DNA of 64,000 nucleotides from a virus (Duplodnaviria; Heunggongvirae; Uroviricota; Caudoviricetes): IMG/VR virus record IMGVR_UViG_3300028833_000137; one strand, 5' to 3'. Shown piece by piece: positions 31,924 to 40,618 of this stretch (position 1 is its first letter; each line of letters starts with the position of its first letter). The notes under the pieces were generated by a model. It saw only the letters and a program-made list of their open reading frames with translations, ran no database searches and was not told where the DNA came from. The position numbers and the translations under genes were made by a program.

Positions 31924-32013
31924 TGGCGCGGTATGAAGGATTCGAACCTTCGGATCACTGAAGATCGACAGAGTTTAGCAAACTCCCGCGTTCGGCCTCT
32001 ACGCTAATACCGC
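31924..32013 (-). tRNA. tRNA-Ser(GCU), class II
   Basis: Acceptor GCGGUAU/AUACCGC, anticodon loop UUGCUAA, long variable arm, T-arm GAAGG-UUCGAAU-CCUUC, encoded CCA. Confidence 0.75.
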
Positions 32014-32021
32014 ATAATATT

Positions 32022-32202
32022 TGGTGAGAGTGGAGGGAATCGAACCCTCGACGCCTAGATTAATGGTCCCAGTCTTTGGTACTGCCCCATAATCTTATTG
32101 GTGGTTTTCTCAATTAATGTACACTCTTATACGAACCTACCAACACGTTTTCTTTAAACTAAACTGAGAAGTCTAGTGCTCTTCCTACTGAGCTACACTC
32201 CC
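32022..32202 (-). tRNA. tRNA gene interrupted by an insertion of about 105 nt in the anticodon loop; exons fit tRNA-Lys(UUU) or tRNA-Arg(UCU)
   Basis: Perfect 7/7 acceptor GGGAGUG/CACUCUC, canonical D-arm GCUC-AGUAGGAA-GAGC, anticodon stem halves CUAGA...UCUAG separated by 112 nt, variable GCGUC, T-arm GAGGG-UUCGAUU-CCCUC, CCA. The loop reconstructs as CUUUUAA (Lys) or CUUCUAA (Arg). Confidence 0.5.
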
Positions 32203-32205
32203 ATA

Positions 32206-32279
32206 TGGCTGGGGACGATAGAATTGAACTATCACACTTCGGGTCAGAGCCGAATACCCTTCCATTAGGTTAGTCCCCA
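32206..32279 (-). tRNA. tRNA-Gln(CUG)
   Basis: U1:A72 acceptor UGGGGAC/GUCCCCA, anticodon loop CUCUGAC, T-loop UUCAAUU, CCA. Confidence 0.65.
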
Positions 32280-32702
32280 TTCTTCTAATATGATACCATG
32301 CTCTTTAAACCATTGAATAAGAGGCCATCGTTCAGAGCAAATCTTATCATATTTTTCATAGACTAACAAAGCAAAATCTACATCATCAAATTGTTCTCCA
32401 AGTTTTATAGTCTCACTTAATACTTGAAGATGCTCCATCAGCATATTGAAATTTATCTTATCTAGCTGATTTTTATATTCGCGCAAAAAATCACAATTGT
32501 TTGGATGCTTAGGAGCACATTTACCATTACATAATCCATCGCAATTCTTTCCTGGCTTTAGCGGCGGAATGTCTAACCAAATAATTCCATTTTGGCTCCT
32601 TCCTTTCTGAAGCCATTTTGGGTTCCAAACCGCAGTAGAAAGCCCGACTAAATTAGGCGGGAAATTACGAATTTGAGCAAAATATGAAATATAAATCTTC
32701 AT
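32265..32702 (-). CDS. hypothetical Cys-rich protein
   Basis: ORF with RBS GAAAGGAUUCUAUG. CDGLCNGKCAPKHPNNCD cluster. Its last codons overlap the 5' end of tRNA-Gln(CUG). Confidence 0.3.
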   Translation of the reverse strand: MKIYISYFAQIRNFPPNLVGLSTAVWNPKWLQKGRSQNGIIWLDIPPLKPGKNCDGLCNGKCAPKHPNNCDFLREYKNQLDKINFNMLMEHLQVLSETIKLGEQFDDVDFALLVYEKYDKICSERWPLIQWFKEHGIILEEWGLT

Positions 32703-32716
32703 AGAATCCTTTCATC

Positions 32717-32833
32717 TAGGCACATTATTTTCTATTGCCCTACCAACTGGGCGATACGCAAAATTCTGGCTTGCATAATCGGGCTCGAACCGATGACTCA
32801 TAGATTATCTATGTAAGTTGCTGTGTGTGCCTA
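32717..32833 (-). ncRNA. stem-CAGCAAU element enclosing a circularly permuted tRNA-like module (YrlA-like candidate)
   Basis: Terminal helix UAGGCACA/UGUGCCUA, then CACAGCAAC. Interior contains T-arm AUCGG-UUCGAGC-CCGAU, acceptor 3' strand UAUGCAA, loop GCCAGAAU, acceptor 5' strand UUGCGUA, and D-arm GCCC-AGUUGGUA-GGGC. Confidence 0.45.
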
Positions 32834-32837
32834 TTTA

Positions 32838-33257
32838 TTATAATTTTAATTCTGGATTTTTATTAAAATTAGCTTGTGGCCGCGAAGTAGAAGGGTCTTG
32901 TTGTTCGCGTAATAAATGATACCATTTTAAATATTCTGGGTCTACAAGCAACATATCATTTATCATATCTTCTACTTCTTCTTGATACTTTATATGACTA
33001 TCAAAACGATTCCGGAGTTGATTTAAAAGCTTTTCGCCTTCTTTATAATTAGTTCCTGTATAAGTAGCAAGAATTTTATCTCGTCTTTCACCACAAAAGA
33101 TACAAACATAAGGTTCAATTACTTTGATTATATAACGATTATATTGTAAATCCCAAGTTAAATACCAAGGAAAATCTTGAAATTTATGTTCGCATTTCTT
33201 TTCAACTGGAGGTGGGACAAAATCTGGATTTGGCTTCTTTTTAGTAAAAAATCCCAT
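32838..33257 (-). CDS. hypothetical protein
   Basis: Minus-strand ORF with an upstream RBS. Confidence 0.3.
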   Translation of the reverse strand: MGFFTKKKPNPDFVPPPVEKKCEHKFQDFPWYLTWDLQYNRYIIKVIEPYVCIFCGERRDKILATYTGTNYKEGEKLLNQLRNRFDSHIKYQEEVEDMINDMLLVDPEYLKWYHLLREQQDPSTSRPQANFNKNPELKL

Positions 33258-33277
33258 AATAAACCTCTTTTAAATAA

Positions 33278-33352
33278 TGGAGCCGGCGGAGGGAATCGAA
33301 CCCACAACCTGAGACTTACAAGGTCCCTGCGCTACCGTTGCGCTACGCCGGC
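33278..33352 (-). tRNA. tRNA-Thr(UGU)
   Basis: Perfect acceptor GCCGGCG/CGCCGGC, D-arm GCGC-AACGGUA-GCGC, anticodon loop CUUGUAA, T-loop UUCGAUU, CCA. Confidence 0.7.
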
Positions 33353-33359
33353 ATAAATT

Positions 33360-33440
33360 CAAGGCACCAATAATTTACTTTAATATACTGTCCAATATCT
33401 ATATTTTGTAATTATAAAAGTAATTGCTGTATGTGCCTTG
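33360..33440 (-). ncRNA. stem-CAGCAAU element (AU-rich interior)
   Basis: Terminal helix CAAGGCAC/GUGCCUUG followed by AUACAGCAAUU. Confidence 0.4.
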
Positions 33441-33455
33441 TTTTCATAATAATAC

Positions 33456-33555
33456 TAAGCCGTTAATTTTAATCGCGATGGATTTGAACCATCTATCATT
33501 TTGCTTCTCAATCAAAATAAATTAACCACTTAAAAAAGATTGCTGTAACGGCTTA
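33456..33555 (-). ncRNA. stem-CAGCAAU element with internal T-arm (tRNA-like, 10-bp terminal helix)
   Basis: Terminal helix UAAGCCGUUA/UAACGGCUUA, then CAGCAAUC. Interior has a D-loop-like AAGUGGUUAA, hairpin UUUUG-AUUGAGAAG-CAAAA and T-arm GAUGG-UUCAAAU-CCAUC. Confidence 0.4.
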
Positions 33556-33560
33556 AAACT

Positions 33561-33788
33561 TTAAGATTTCTTAGAAATAAATTTCATTTCAATTTTAGTA
33601 TTTGCAGGAATAGAGTATAGATTAAAATAATCCGCGGGCAGTTGGCACATGATACTAGAACCTTCAATAGTAAAACAATCACTATATTCTTCTTTACCAT
33701 TTTGTTTAAGCGTATTCATTAACCAATGATGAATAGACTTAACAAATTCAGCCTTGGTTGCTTGTGCGGACAGTTCTTTCTTATCCAT
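33561..33788 (-). CDS. hypothetical small protein
   Basis: ORF downstream of the promoter at 33842. Confidence 0.3.
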   Translation of the reverse strand: MDKKELSAQATKAEFVKSIHHWLMNTLKQNGKEEYSDCFTIEGSSIMCQLPADYFNLYSIPANTKIEMKFISKKS

Positions 33789-33901
33789 ATTATTTATTTC
33801 CTTTCCTTTGATATATTTATTATATCAAAAATTTTAGAAAAAGTCAAGAAAGAAAGGGGAAGATTTTACAATTGGGATAATCTTCAAACCCGGTTAAGAA
33901 G

Positions 33902-33975
33902 TCTGGGTGGTGAGATTCGAACTCACGACCTCTAGATCCCAAATCTAGCGCGCTACCAAACTGCGCTACACCCAG
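33902..33975 (-). tRNA. tRNA-Pro(UGG)
   Basis: Acceptor CUGGGUG/CACCCAG, D-arm GCGC-AGUUUGGUA-GCGC, anticodon loop UUUGGGA, T-arm GUGAG-UUCGAAU-CUCAC. Confidence 0.7.
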
Positions 33976-33981
33976 CTATAC

Positions 33982-34097
33982 TAGACTCATTTTACGGCGT
34001 GCTATCCATTACACTATCTCCCCATATGGTGAGGAGAACTGGATTTGAACCAATACTACCGGCCCCTACAGCGCAAAAGAATTGCTGGATGAGTCTA
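33982..34097 (-). ncRNA. stem-CAGCAAU element enclosing a circularly permuted tRNA-like module (YrlA-like candidate)
   Basis: Terminal helix UAGACUCAU/AUGAGUCUA, then CCAGCAAU. Interior contains T-arm AUUGG-UUCAAAU-CCAGU, acceptor 3' strand UCUCCUC, loop ACCAUAU, acceptor 5' strand GGGGAGA, UA, and D-arm GUGU-AAUGGAUA-GCAC. Its ends abut tRNA-Asp and tRNA-Pro. Confidence 0.5.
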
Positions 34098-34173
34098 TGG
34101 CGAGCCTAACAGGATTCGAACCTGCGATCTTCCGGTAGACAGCCGGACATTCTAGCCGCTGAACTATAGGCCC
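34098..34173 (-). tRNA. tRNA-Asp(GUC)
   Basis: Acceptor GGGCCUA/UAGGCUC, D-arm GUUC-AGCGGCUA-GAAU, anticodon loop CUGUCUA, T-loop UUCGAAU, CCA. Confidence 0.8.
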
Positions 34174-34503
34174 ATAAAGCTCACCGCCAAACGTCCTATA
34201 TGGACTTCTATTATTAGCTTTTGTCGGATTATTTACCGTGGCGGCAACTACGAATTGACATTTTGGCTTTAAGGTCAGCCAGCCGCATATTTGCTATCGT
34301 GATGGTGATAGGCTTTTCTTAGGAGCCTAACGAACCTATACTCTTTGTCAACTACATTAGACGATTCATGACATCGCTTATCCCCACAGACCATTTTAGG
34401 GGTTCCTTCGTACTTCGGAAGGGTTGACTCTCTTATGTGACTTCGCGCGTTCACATAAGTGGGACGTTGAGTAAGCATAGAGAATAAGTCCTCTATGTGA
34501 CTA

Positions 34504-34580
34504 TGGCGGCCCCGGTGGGGATCGAACCCACGACCTTGTGATTAACAGTCACCTGCTACGACCAACCGAGCTCCAGGGCC
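34504..34580 (-). tRNA. tRNA-Asn(GUU)
   Basis: Acceptor GGCCCUG/CGGGGCC, anticodon loop CUGUUAA, T-arm GUGGG-UUCGAUC-CCCAC, CCA. Confidence 0.65.
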
Positions 34581-35194
34581 ATGTAGGGCAAATACCCTAT
34601 TTAATAAAACCGTTGCGACCTTCGTCGTACTTGTATTATCCTTCTAAACATATTCAGCCACGTTGAAGATGAAGGCTGAGCCAAAGGTAGCGACCCTTTA
34701 ACTTCTTCACCCTGTCTTTCGACTAGCAACGGGGAGATTGTCTACTCCCAAATTTCACTTAAACCATTCAGCAAATTCTTTAATAATAAATCAAATATGT
34801 ATTATTTGTTCTAATACCAAGAACTTGTTGTCACTTTAAGCTACTTTTACCGTAAACCTCACTTATAGCCTATTTCTAGGTTTCAACGACAATAGCATCT
34901 TGTTGGTCTTTCCTAGGTTTGATACAGTCACCGGCTAAACCCTAACTAGGATTCAGTCTACGCTTTTAACGCTTGACTTCTATTATGATGCCGTGAGGAA
35001 TCGTGCTTTTGTTAGCGGATAACCAAGCGCCTATCCTTAACATTCAGAGTTTCTCCTTATCGCTAATCATTACTGATTTTGCGGCCGCGATTTAGTAGTA
35101 TCCCGCCAAATCGTATGGCTGTTATTCAGATAGCCCAAGCAGAGTGGTTAGCTCTTCTTCACTTGGTTCAACCATTTTATTAAATAGAGTATCT

Positions 35195-35248
35195 ACTTCC
35201 TTTCCTCTTTACTATAATAATTATAGCATGATTTGAAGAAAAAGTCAA
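35195..35248 (-). promoter_or_regulatory. sigma70-type promoter (TTGACT-N17-TATAAT) driving a 620-nt ORF-free transcript and tRNA-Asn
   Basis: TTGACT at 35248-35243, 17-nt spacer, TATAAT at 35225-35220. Member of the 27-copy conserved promoter family. Confidence 0.6.
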
Positions 35249-35540
35249 ATATTTGTTGTAGAAATTAGTTTAAACAGCATCGCCGCGAGAAGGCTTTCTA
35301 CATGATGCCATAACATCCTAGGATTTGTTTTGCGCGCGTATCCGTTGAGTATTAAGTCCAATAACAGTGTCAGGACTCCTAAGATGTGATAGTTACGGTG
35401 GTCGCTACATACGGTTAGCGCCGTTGACCTGGCTTCCTTATATTTTATAGTCGCGTTTTCCCAGCGTAGCTAACAAACGAATGTTAACGCGACTTGCTCC
35501 TAGTCAAGTTCAGAGCATTTACATCAGCGGGAGGTGATGC

Positions 35541-35617
35541 TGGTGGGGAAGGAGAGAGTTGAACTCTCAAACCACCGGTTCTAAGCCGGTTCCATATGCC
35601 AGTTCTGGTACATCCCC
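35541..35617 (-). tRNA. tRNA with anticodon UAG (leucine codons CUA/CUG) but class I architecture
   Basis: Acceptor GGGGAUG/CUUCCCC (one U.U), anticodon stem ACCGG/CCGGU, loop CUUAGAA, 5-nt variable region GGUUU, T-arm GAGAG-UUCAACU-CUCUC, A73, CCA. Confidence 0.5.
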
Positions 35618-35939
35618 AAATTCTAGGCGGATTTTTAGCTACATAATTTAAAAGATTACTGCTTAAATAATATTTGCTGTGGCCGCCTTACATATTTATT
35701 ATAGCAGATTTTCTGCTAAAAGTCAAATATAACCTTCTTGATCTAACCAATCCTTAACAATTTTTAAACACTGGTCTAACATTTTATTTCCATAATATGC
35801 TTCAGCTCGTTGCTCTCTAGTAGAATCGTAGCCCAAAACATCATATTCGAGACGAAGCTTTTCAAGCAGTTGAATTAAATCCATATTATTTATTCCTTTC
35901 CCTTTACTATAATTATTATACTATAATTTTAAAAGAAAG

Positions 35940-36290
35940 TCAAATATATTCAAACCTATCAAACATTTGTTGATACTGCTTCACATGATTATGAAAAACC
36001 TTACCCATTAATACTTCGTTCTCATGTTCATCTAACATATAGATTCGCGCGCAATCGGTGGTAAAACTTTCTCTTCCACGTGGATGGCTTAGACTTTTCG
36101 CGCATTTTTCAATCATTTTAATATCAATGCAATTAAGTTCCATACGACCGTCTGTTCCTACAATGATAAAGACAGGTAGATCGTTTTTTAGAAAAGGTTT
36201 AACATTTGCTAACTTGCCGCACCACTTTACAAAGTATTCATCATTAAGTCCTGTGCAAATTAAATGCGTCTTTAACATTACTTCTTGCAT
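35940..36290 (-). CDS. hypothetical protein
   Basis: ORF downstream of a family promoter. Confidence 0.3.
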   Translation of the reverse strand: MQEVMLKTHLICTGLNDEYFVKWCGKLANVKPFLKNDLPVFIIVGTDGRMELNCIDIKMIEKCAKSLSHPRGRESFTTDCARIYMLDEHENEVLMGKVFHNHVKQYQQMFDRFEYI

Positions 36291-36583
36291 TGATGAAATG
36301 AGGCGAAGAAATTAGTTATGTCTTCACCGACCTCTCTTTCCGTTGTAACTTCACATGGAGCGGGCTTTGATTCATGCTTTGGATTATGCGCTTTCCAACA
36401 TTGAAGAAAATGTTTTGTAATAATTTCTTCATTTTTAAAGCCGCGATTGCAAGTAGGACAAATATACATTTTATTTTCATCCTTTCTAAAATAATTATAA
36501 TATGATTTTAGAAGAAAGTCAAATGGTAGCCCAATCTTCATCTGAAATTGCTTTGATTTCCATCTTTTTAGATGGCAAACCAT
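36278..36583 (-). CDS. C2H2-like zinc-finger protein
   Basis: CPTCNRGFKNEEIITKHFLQCWKAH. Confidence 0.3.
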   Translation of the reverse strand: MVCHLKRWKSKQFQMKIGLPFDFLLKSYYNYFRKDENKMYICPTCNRGFKNEEIITKHFLQCWKAHNPKHESKPAPCEVTTEREVGEDITNFFASFHQCKK

Positions 36584-37280
36584 AATTTAAACACCATTTT
36601 CTTACAGCATTATCGCTTACATTATATTTTTTACCTATTTGTAAAAAAGGTGTAGAACGAATTAATTTTTTAAGTTCTTCGCGGGAAGGCCACTCACATC
36701 TTCGTTGAAATTCGTGAATACAAGCTTGGCAATATTCAGCATCTTTTGTCGATAATGGACGGCCGCACTTTTTACAATAAGCAATTTTAGAAGATTTTAC
36801 TGAAGTTATTTTAATATATTCATCCTCTTTCAATGCTTCATCATCTAATTGTATAATATTATATTTATTTTTTATATTATTAATTCTAATCCAATTCGCC
36901 CCACCTTGAGAACAGCCAATAAGTTTGGTAGCTTGATTTACATTTGCTGTAGATTTTAAAGCTTTTATAGCTTCTTCTTCTGTAAAATTAATTATTTCTT
37001 TATTGGTTTTATTTTTCCCGCAATAAGTATCTGTTTGAGAATGGCAGTTTGGACATAACCACCTTAAATTTTCTTTTCTATTATCATTTCTTATTCCATT
37101 TATATGATCTATTTGTAATGTTAAAGAAATTCCATTCCACTCTCCAATATTACCACATATAGCGCATTTATAATCTAAAACATTATATTTCGCTAAATAA
37201 GTAATTAAAACTTTTCTAGTAACGGGGGAATTTTCTGTTAATACTTCTTCTAATTTATATTTTAGTGGCATATTAACCAC
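36519..37280 (-). CDS. HNH homing endonuclease
   Basis: DHINGIRNDNRKENLRWLCPNCH HNH motif plus additional CxxC pairs. Confidence 0.6.
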   Translation of the reverse strand: MVNMPLKYKLEEVLTENSPVTRKVLITYLAKYNVLDYKCAICGNIGEWNGISLTLQIDHINGIRNDNRKENLRWLCPNCHSQTDTYCGKNKTNKEIINFTEEEAIKALKSTANVNQATKLIGCSQGGANWIRINNIKNKYNIIQLDDEALKEDEYIKITSVKSSKIAYCKKCGRPLSTKDAEYCQACIHEFQRRCEWPSREELKKLIRSTPFLQIGKKYNVSDNAVRKWCLNYGLPSKKMEIKAISDEDWATI

Positions 37281-37349
37281 CTCCTTACATTAGATAAGTA
37301 ATAACATCGAACTCAAATTATTATAATTCGCACTCGAATTATAAATTTT

Positions 37350-37426
37350 TTTGGTGAGCTTGGTGGGAGTCGAACCCACAAAACCTTGGGTTTGAGCCAA
37401 GTACCTATGCCAATTCGGTTACAAGC
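37350..37426 (-). tRNA. tRNA with anticodon CAA (leucine codon UUG) but class I architecture
   Basis: Perfect acceptor GAGCUUG/CAAGCUC, anticodon stem CUUGG/CCAAG, loop CUCAAAC, 5-nt variable region, T-arm GUGGG-UUCGACU-CCCAC, A73, CCA. Confidence 0.5.
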
Positions 37427-37429
37427 TCA

Positions 37430-37565
37430 TATGGTGGGCTAGGAGGGATTTGAACCCTCAATCTCTCACGAGCAGCGGATTTTTGGTTCCCGATACGAGT
37501 GCTGCCCTCGCATAAATTCACTGGAAATCGGAAAAGTCCGCTATGTATGCCGTTCCATCACTAGC
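37430..37565 (-). tRNA. tRNA-like gene with perfect acceptor and T-arm enclosing about 135 nt (insertion of about 60 nt); anticodon not resolved
   Basis: Acceptor GGGCUAG/CUAGCCC 7/7, T-arm GAGGG-UUCAAAU-CCCUC, A73, CCA. Interior carries GAGGGCAGCACUCG, related to the GGGCAGyACC motif seen elsewhere. Confidence 0.35.
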
Positions 37566-38360
37566 CCATAATGGCGATTTTTATTGTTGTTCGCCGCAAC
37601 GTTAAGTTTTCTTTTCTGGTTTGCGGTTTACACTTACAACCCACAACAAGCTCCATTATCTACTCCATACCAGAAGAGTAATAATTTCATTGCTTATGCC
37701 ACGCATCTTGTGCAGGGCTGCCGAATACGCTTTCACGTATTCTAAGACTCCTTGTACACTTGGTACACGAGATAGCGGTAACGCCATTAATATTGGCCGC
37801 AATTTGCTGAACTAATCTGGCGTTTAAATCTGCCACTCATCAAGCTTTTCAGCCTGCTCGCGGCGAGTCCAAGAAGAAGAGAATACGGTACGATGAGAAG
37901 TCTTACGCACAATTATCATCCTTTCCTTGTTTCTATAAATATTATATCACAATTTTTATTCTTCGTCAAATAATTCTTTTAGTTGACTTTGAAAATTATC
38001 AAATTGACGCAATGCTTGTCGTTCTTGCCGCTTATCAACGGCGTATGATGCTGGCATATTTTTTGAATAATAATGTAATGGCTTAGACAAATTACCCGCA
38101 AGAATTTTCTTGCGTTTATTGGCATACTTCCAGTCATTCTTACGGCGTTCAGCCGCGGTTCTACCAGTTGTAGAAAACGCATCCGAATAGGTTGATGAAG
38201 GGTCATAATCATCAAGATAATCTCTACTATACATTAATCTTCTATCCCCATTCCTAAATCACATTCATCAATCCAAAACCAGAAAGAATCATCTTCATAT
38301 TCATCTGATTGAATTTCGCAAACAAAATCATCAAGATAATCCATAAATATTTGTTCCTTT

Positions 38361-38404
38361 CCTCTTACTATAATAATTATACTATAATTTTTATAGAAAG
38401 TCAA
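38361..38404 (-). promoter_or_regulatory. reference copy of the conserved sigma70-type promoter
   Basis: TTGACT at 38404-38399, spacer ttctataaaaattatag of 17 nt with inverted repeat CTATAA-AAA-TTATAG, TATAAT at 38381-38376. Leader has AGGAAAGGA 9 nt before the ATG at 38344. Confidence 0.65.
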
Positions 38405-38845
38405 TCCTAAAATTGATGAAATTTAAATGACTACATTCCGAAAATCAGGAGTATTTTCATATGTAATACGAGGTTCTTCTTGCCATACTCCACTATCAAC
38501 AATGAAATCATTCATTTCCCACCATAGCTTATATCCGCCAAGAAATTGCCAATCATTGGCAGATTTAATATCAGTAAGACAAGTTTTATTAGTTTTCTTG
38601 TCATAAAAAATGAATTGAGCGTAGAATACATAATAATTAGGATCCTCACAATCTGTGCGCCACCATGATTTATATTGTCGTATACAATAACGGCCTTTCC
38701 ACATAGGATCCTCTTTTACATTCTTATTAATCTTGCGCGCTAAAGTGTTAAGTGCGCGTTGATGATTTTTACGATTTTGAGAAGTTTTCCAATTCACTTA
38801 TCTCATCCTTTCTATAATTATACTATAATTTTAATAGAAAGTCAA

Positions 38846-39106
38846 TTATTCGTATGGCCTTTTAGCTTTAAAAGGACTCCCACGATGTAAAATAATTTTA
38901 TTATCGCAATCAGGACATTTTAAGTATTCTATCCAATCATATTGGCTGCCGTTATTTCGAATGTCTCTTTCATCAAAAGAGAAAATACAACTGCAACAAT
39001 TACAAGTAACTTTATGTCTTGGACGCCCATGCCTGATAATTTCAATCATAATTATCTCCTTCATTCTTTCTATATATATTATAATATAATTTAAAAAGAA
39101 AGTCAA
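38846..39106 (-). CDS. zinc-ribbon protein
   Basis: CNCCSC...CPDCDNK. Confidence 0.3.
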   Translation of the reverse strand: MTFFLNYIIIYIERMKEIIMIEIIRHGRPRHKVTCNCCSCIFSFDERDIRNNGSQYDWIEYLKCPDCDNKIILHRGSPFKAKRPYE

Positions 39107-40051
39107 TTATTCGACAGGGACATTTATGTATTCTAGAACTTCGCGCAGTCCAAGTCCTCCTTCATCCCAAGGTTTCATACAATATTCCCAAATTTTTGGA
39201 TGTGTTTCTTTTAGCTGTTGAAAGCGATTGGGTGATTTTTCTCTATGACATCCGAAGCCACAGAAAATACATCCAGTTCTATTTATACCGGTGGTAGTCC
39301 AATTACCTTTTTTATCCTTTACAATATCGCCATATAAAGAACAATATGGTATATTATATTTTACAATATATTCAAAAATATCATTGTCTGTCCAGAATGA
39401 TAATGGTTTACAAGTAGGCTTTTTACTATCAAATAAATTACACCCGCTGCGCATCCATTCATTACGACGAGCAATAGATTCGCAAGCTAGTGTGCCTAAT
39501 ATTGGATAACGACCAGTTTCTTTTGAATAATGGTGATTTGGTTGCTTTTTCATTACATCGCAACAGTAATCGCTCACTTTAAATGGAGCATTTACTAAAA
39601 AATTCCATTTTCCATCACCAAACCCAAAGATTTTACTATCATATTCACCACTTAAAAATTTTGCTCGCGCGGAATCAGGATTTCTTTTTGCTGTGGCTAC
39701 ATAACCAGCTATTTTTTTACTTACAATAGGATAACCAAACTCTTCAATTACTTGTCTAAATGTTTTTTTAGGACGAATAATTTCTACATTTTCATGTGAT
39801 TTAACAAATTGTTTTACTTCTGGATATTCAAGTCCTGTATCAATAAAAACAGCGGGAACATCTGGATTTACCTTTCTGGCTAAATCAAGTAGCACAGTGC
39901 TATCTTTTCCTCCACTAAAAGCAACAAATGTCTGTCCATCATATCTGTCATTGAACTCCATAATCCGTGTCATTGTTACACCAATTTTGTGATCTAATGA
40001 CCAATTTTGCATCTCTTTTAGGTCTGTGGCTGTAAATTTATTTTCTGCCAT
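39107..40051 (-). CDS. PAPS reductase-like PP-loop ATPase family protein
   Basis: PP-loop motif FSGGKDS in VAFSGGKDSTVLLDLARKV. C-terminal Cys cluster CIFCGFGC. Confidence 0.55.
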   Translation of the reverse strand: MAENKFTATDLKEMQNWSLDHKIGVTMTRIMEFNDRYDGQTFVAFSGGKDSTVLLDLARKVNPDVPAVFIDTGLEYPEVKQFVKSHENVEIIRPKKTFRQVIEEFGYPIVSKKIAGYVATAKRNPDSARAKFLSGEYDSKIFGFGDGKWNFLVNAPFKVSDYCCDVMKKQPNHHYSKETGRYPILGTLACESIARRNEWMRSGCNLFDSKKPTCKPLSFWTDNDIFEYIVKYNIPYCSLYGDIVKDKKGNWTTTGINRTGCIFCGFGCHREKSPNRFQQLKETHPKIWEYCMKPWDEGGLGLREVLEYINVPVE

Positions 40052-40546
40052 AACTATACACCTCGCTTTATTATAAATAGGCCTGGGCCTACCTTTGTAT
40101 ATAATTATAACATAAAATTGAAAAAAGTCAAGTATCTAATTCCTCTACTTGACTTTTCATATCTTCTAATTTTCTTTTATCAGTAATAGACCAATTTTTT
40201 GAAGGTTCCCATCCTCTAGCTCTGCTACGATTCTTATTATTAGTTTTTTCAGAACACATAGGGCATGAACAATGAATTTTATTATCGGCATATTGATGAA
40301 TGTTGTTGTAATAAAGAGGCCATCTACCAGCAGAAACATCTCTATCAATATGATATTTCCGCATAGCTTTAGAATAACTTTTTGCGCGAGTATAAGCTCT
40401 ATCGTGAATTGCCATAATACAACAACTCCTTATTTAAATAAAAAACTAACGATTTTGATAACGCAGACCGTTCGCAACTCATACTGCGCGAGAACCATAA
40501 CAACCGTCGCTCTCCTACTCCTTGCCCTCACAGCAGGAGGAACGGT

Positions 40547-40618
40547 AAATACTCGGTAGGGGAATCGAACCCCTATCGCCGGATTGAAAGCCCGACGTGC
40601 TATCCGCTGCACCAACCG
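40547..40618 (-). tRNA. tRNA-Glu(UUC)
   Basis: Acceptor GCUCGGU/ACCGAGU, D-arm GUGC-AGCGGAUA-GCAC, anticodon loop CUUUCAA, T-arm AGGGG-UUCGAUU-CCCCU. Confidence 0.6.

Noticed and set aside
33982-34097. tmRNA 3' domain (T-arm plus acceptor plus CCA without 5' partner)
   Set aside because: The region where a tmRNA body would lie is occupied by tRNA-Asp. No tag-peptide reading frame ending in ALAA-stop was found, and the acceptor partner GGGGAGA lies immediately after the CCA, giving the permuted tRNA-like fold instead.
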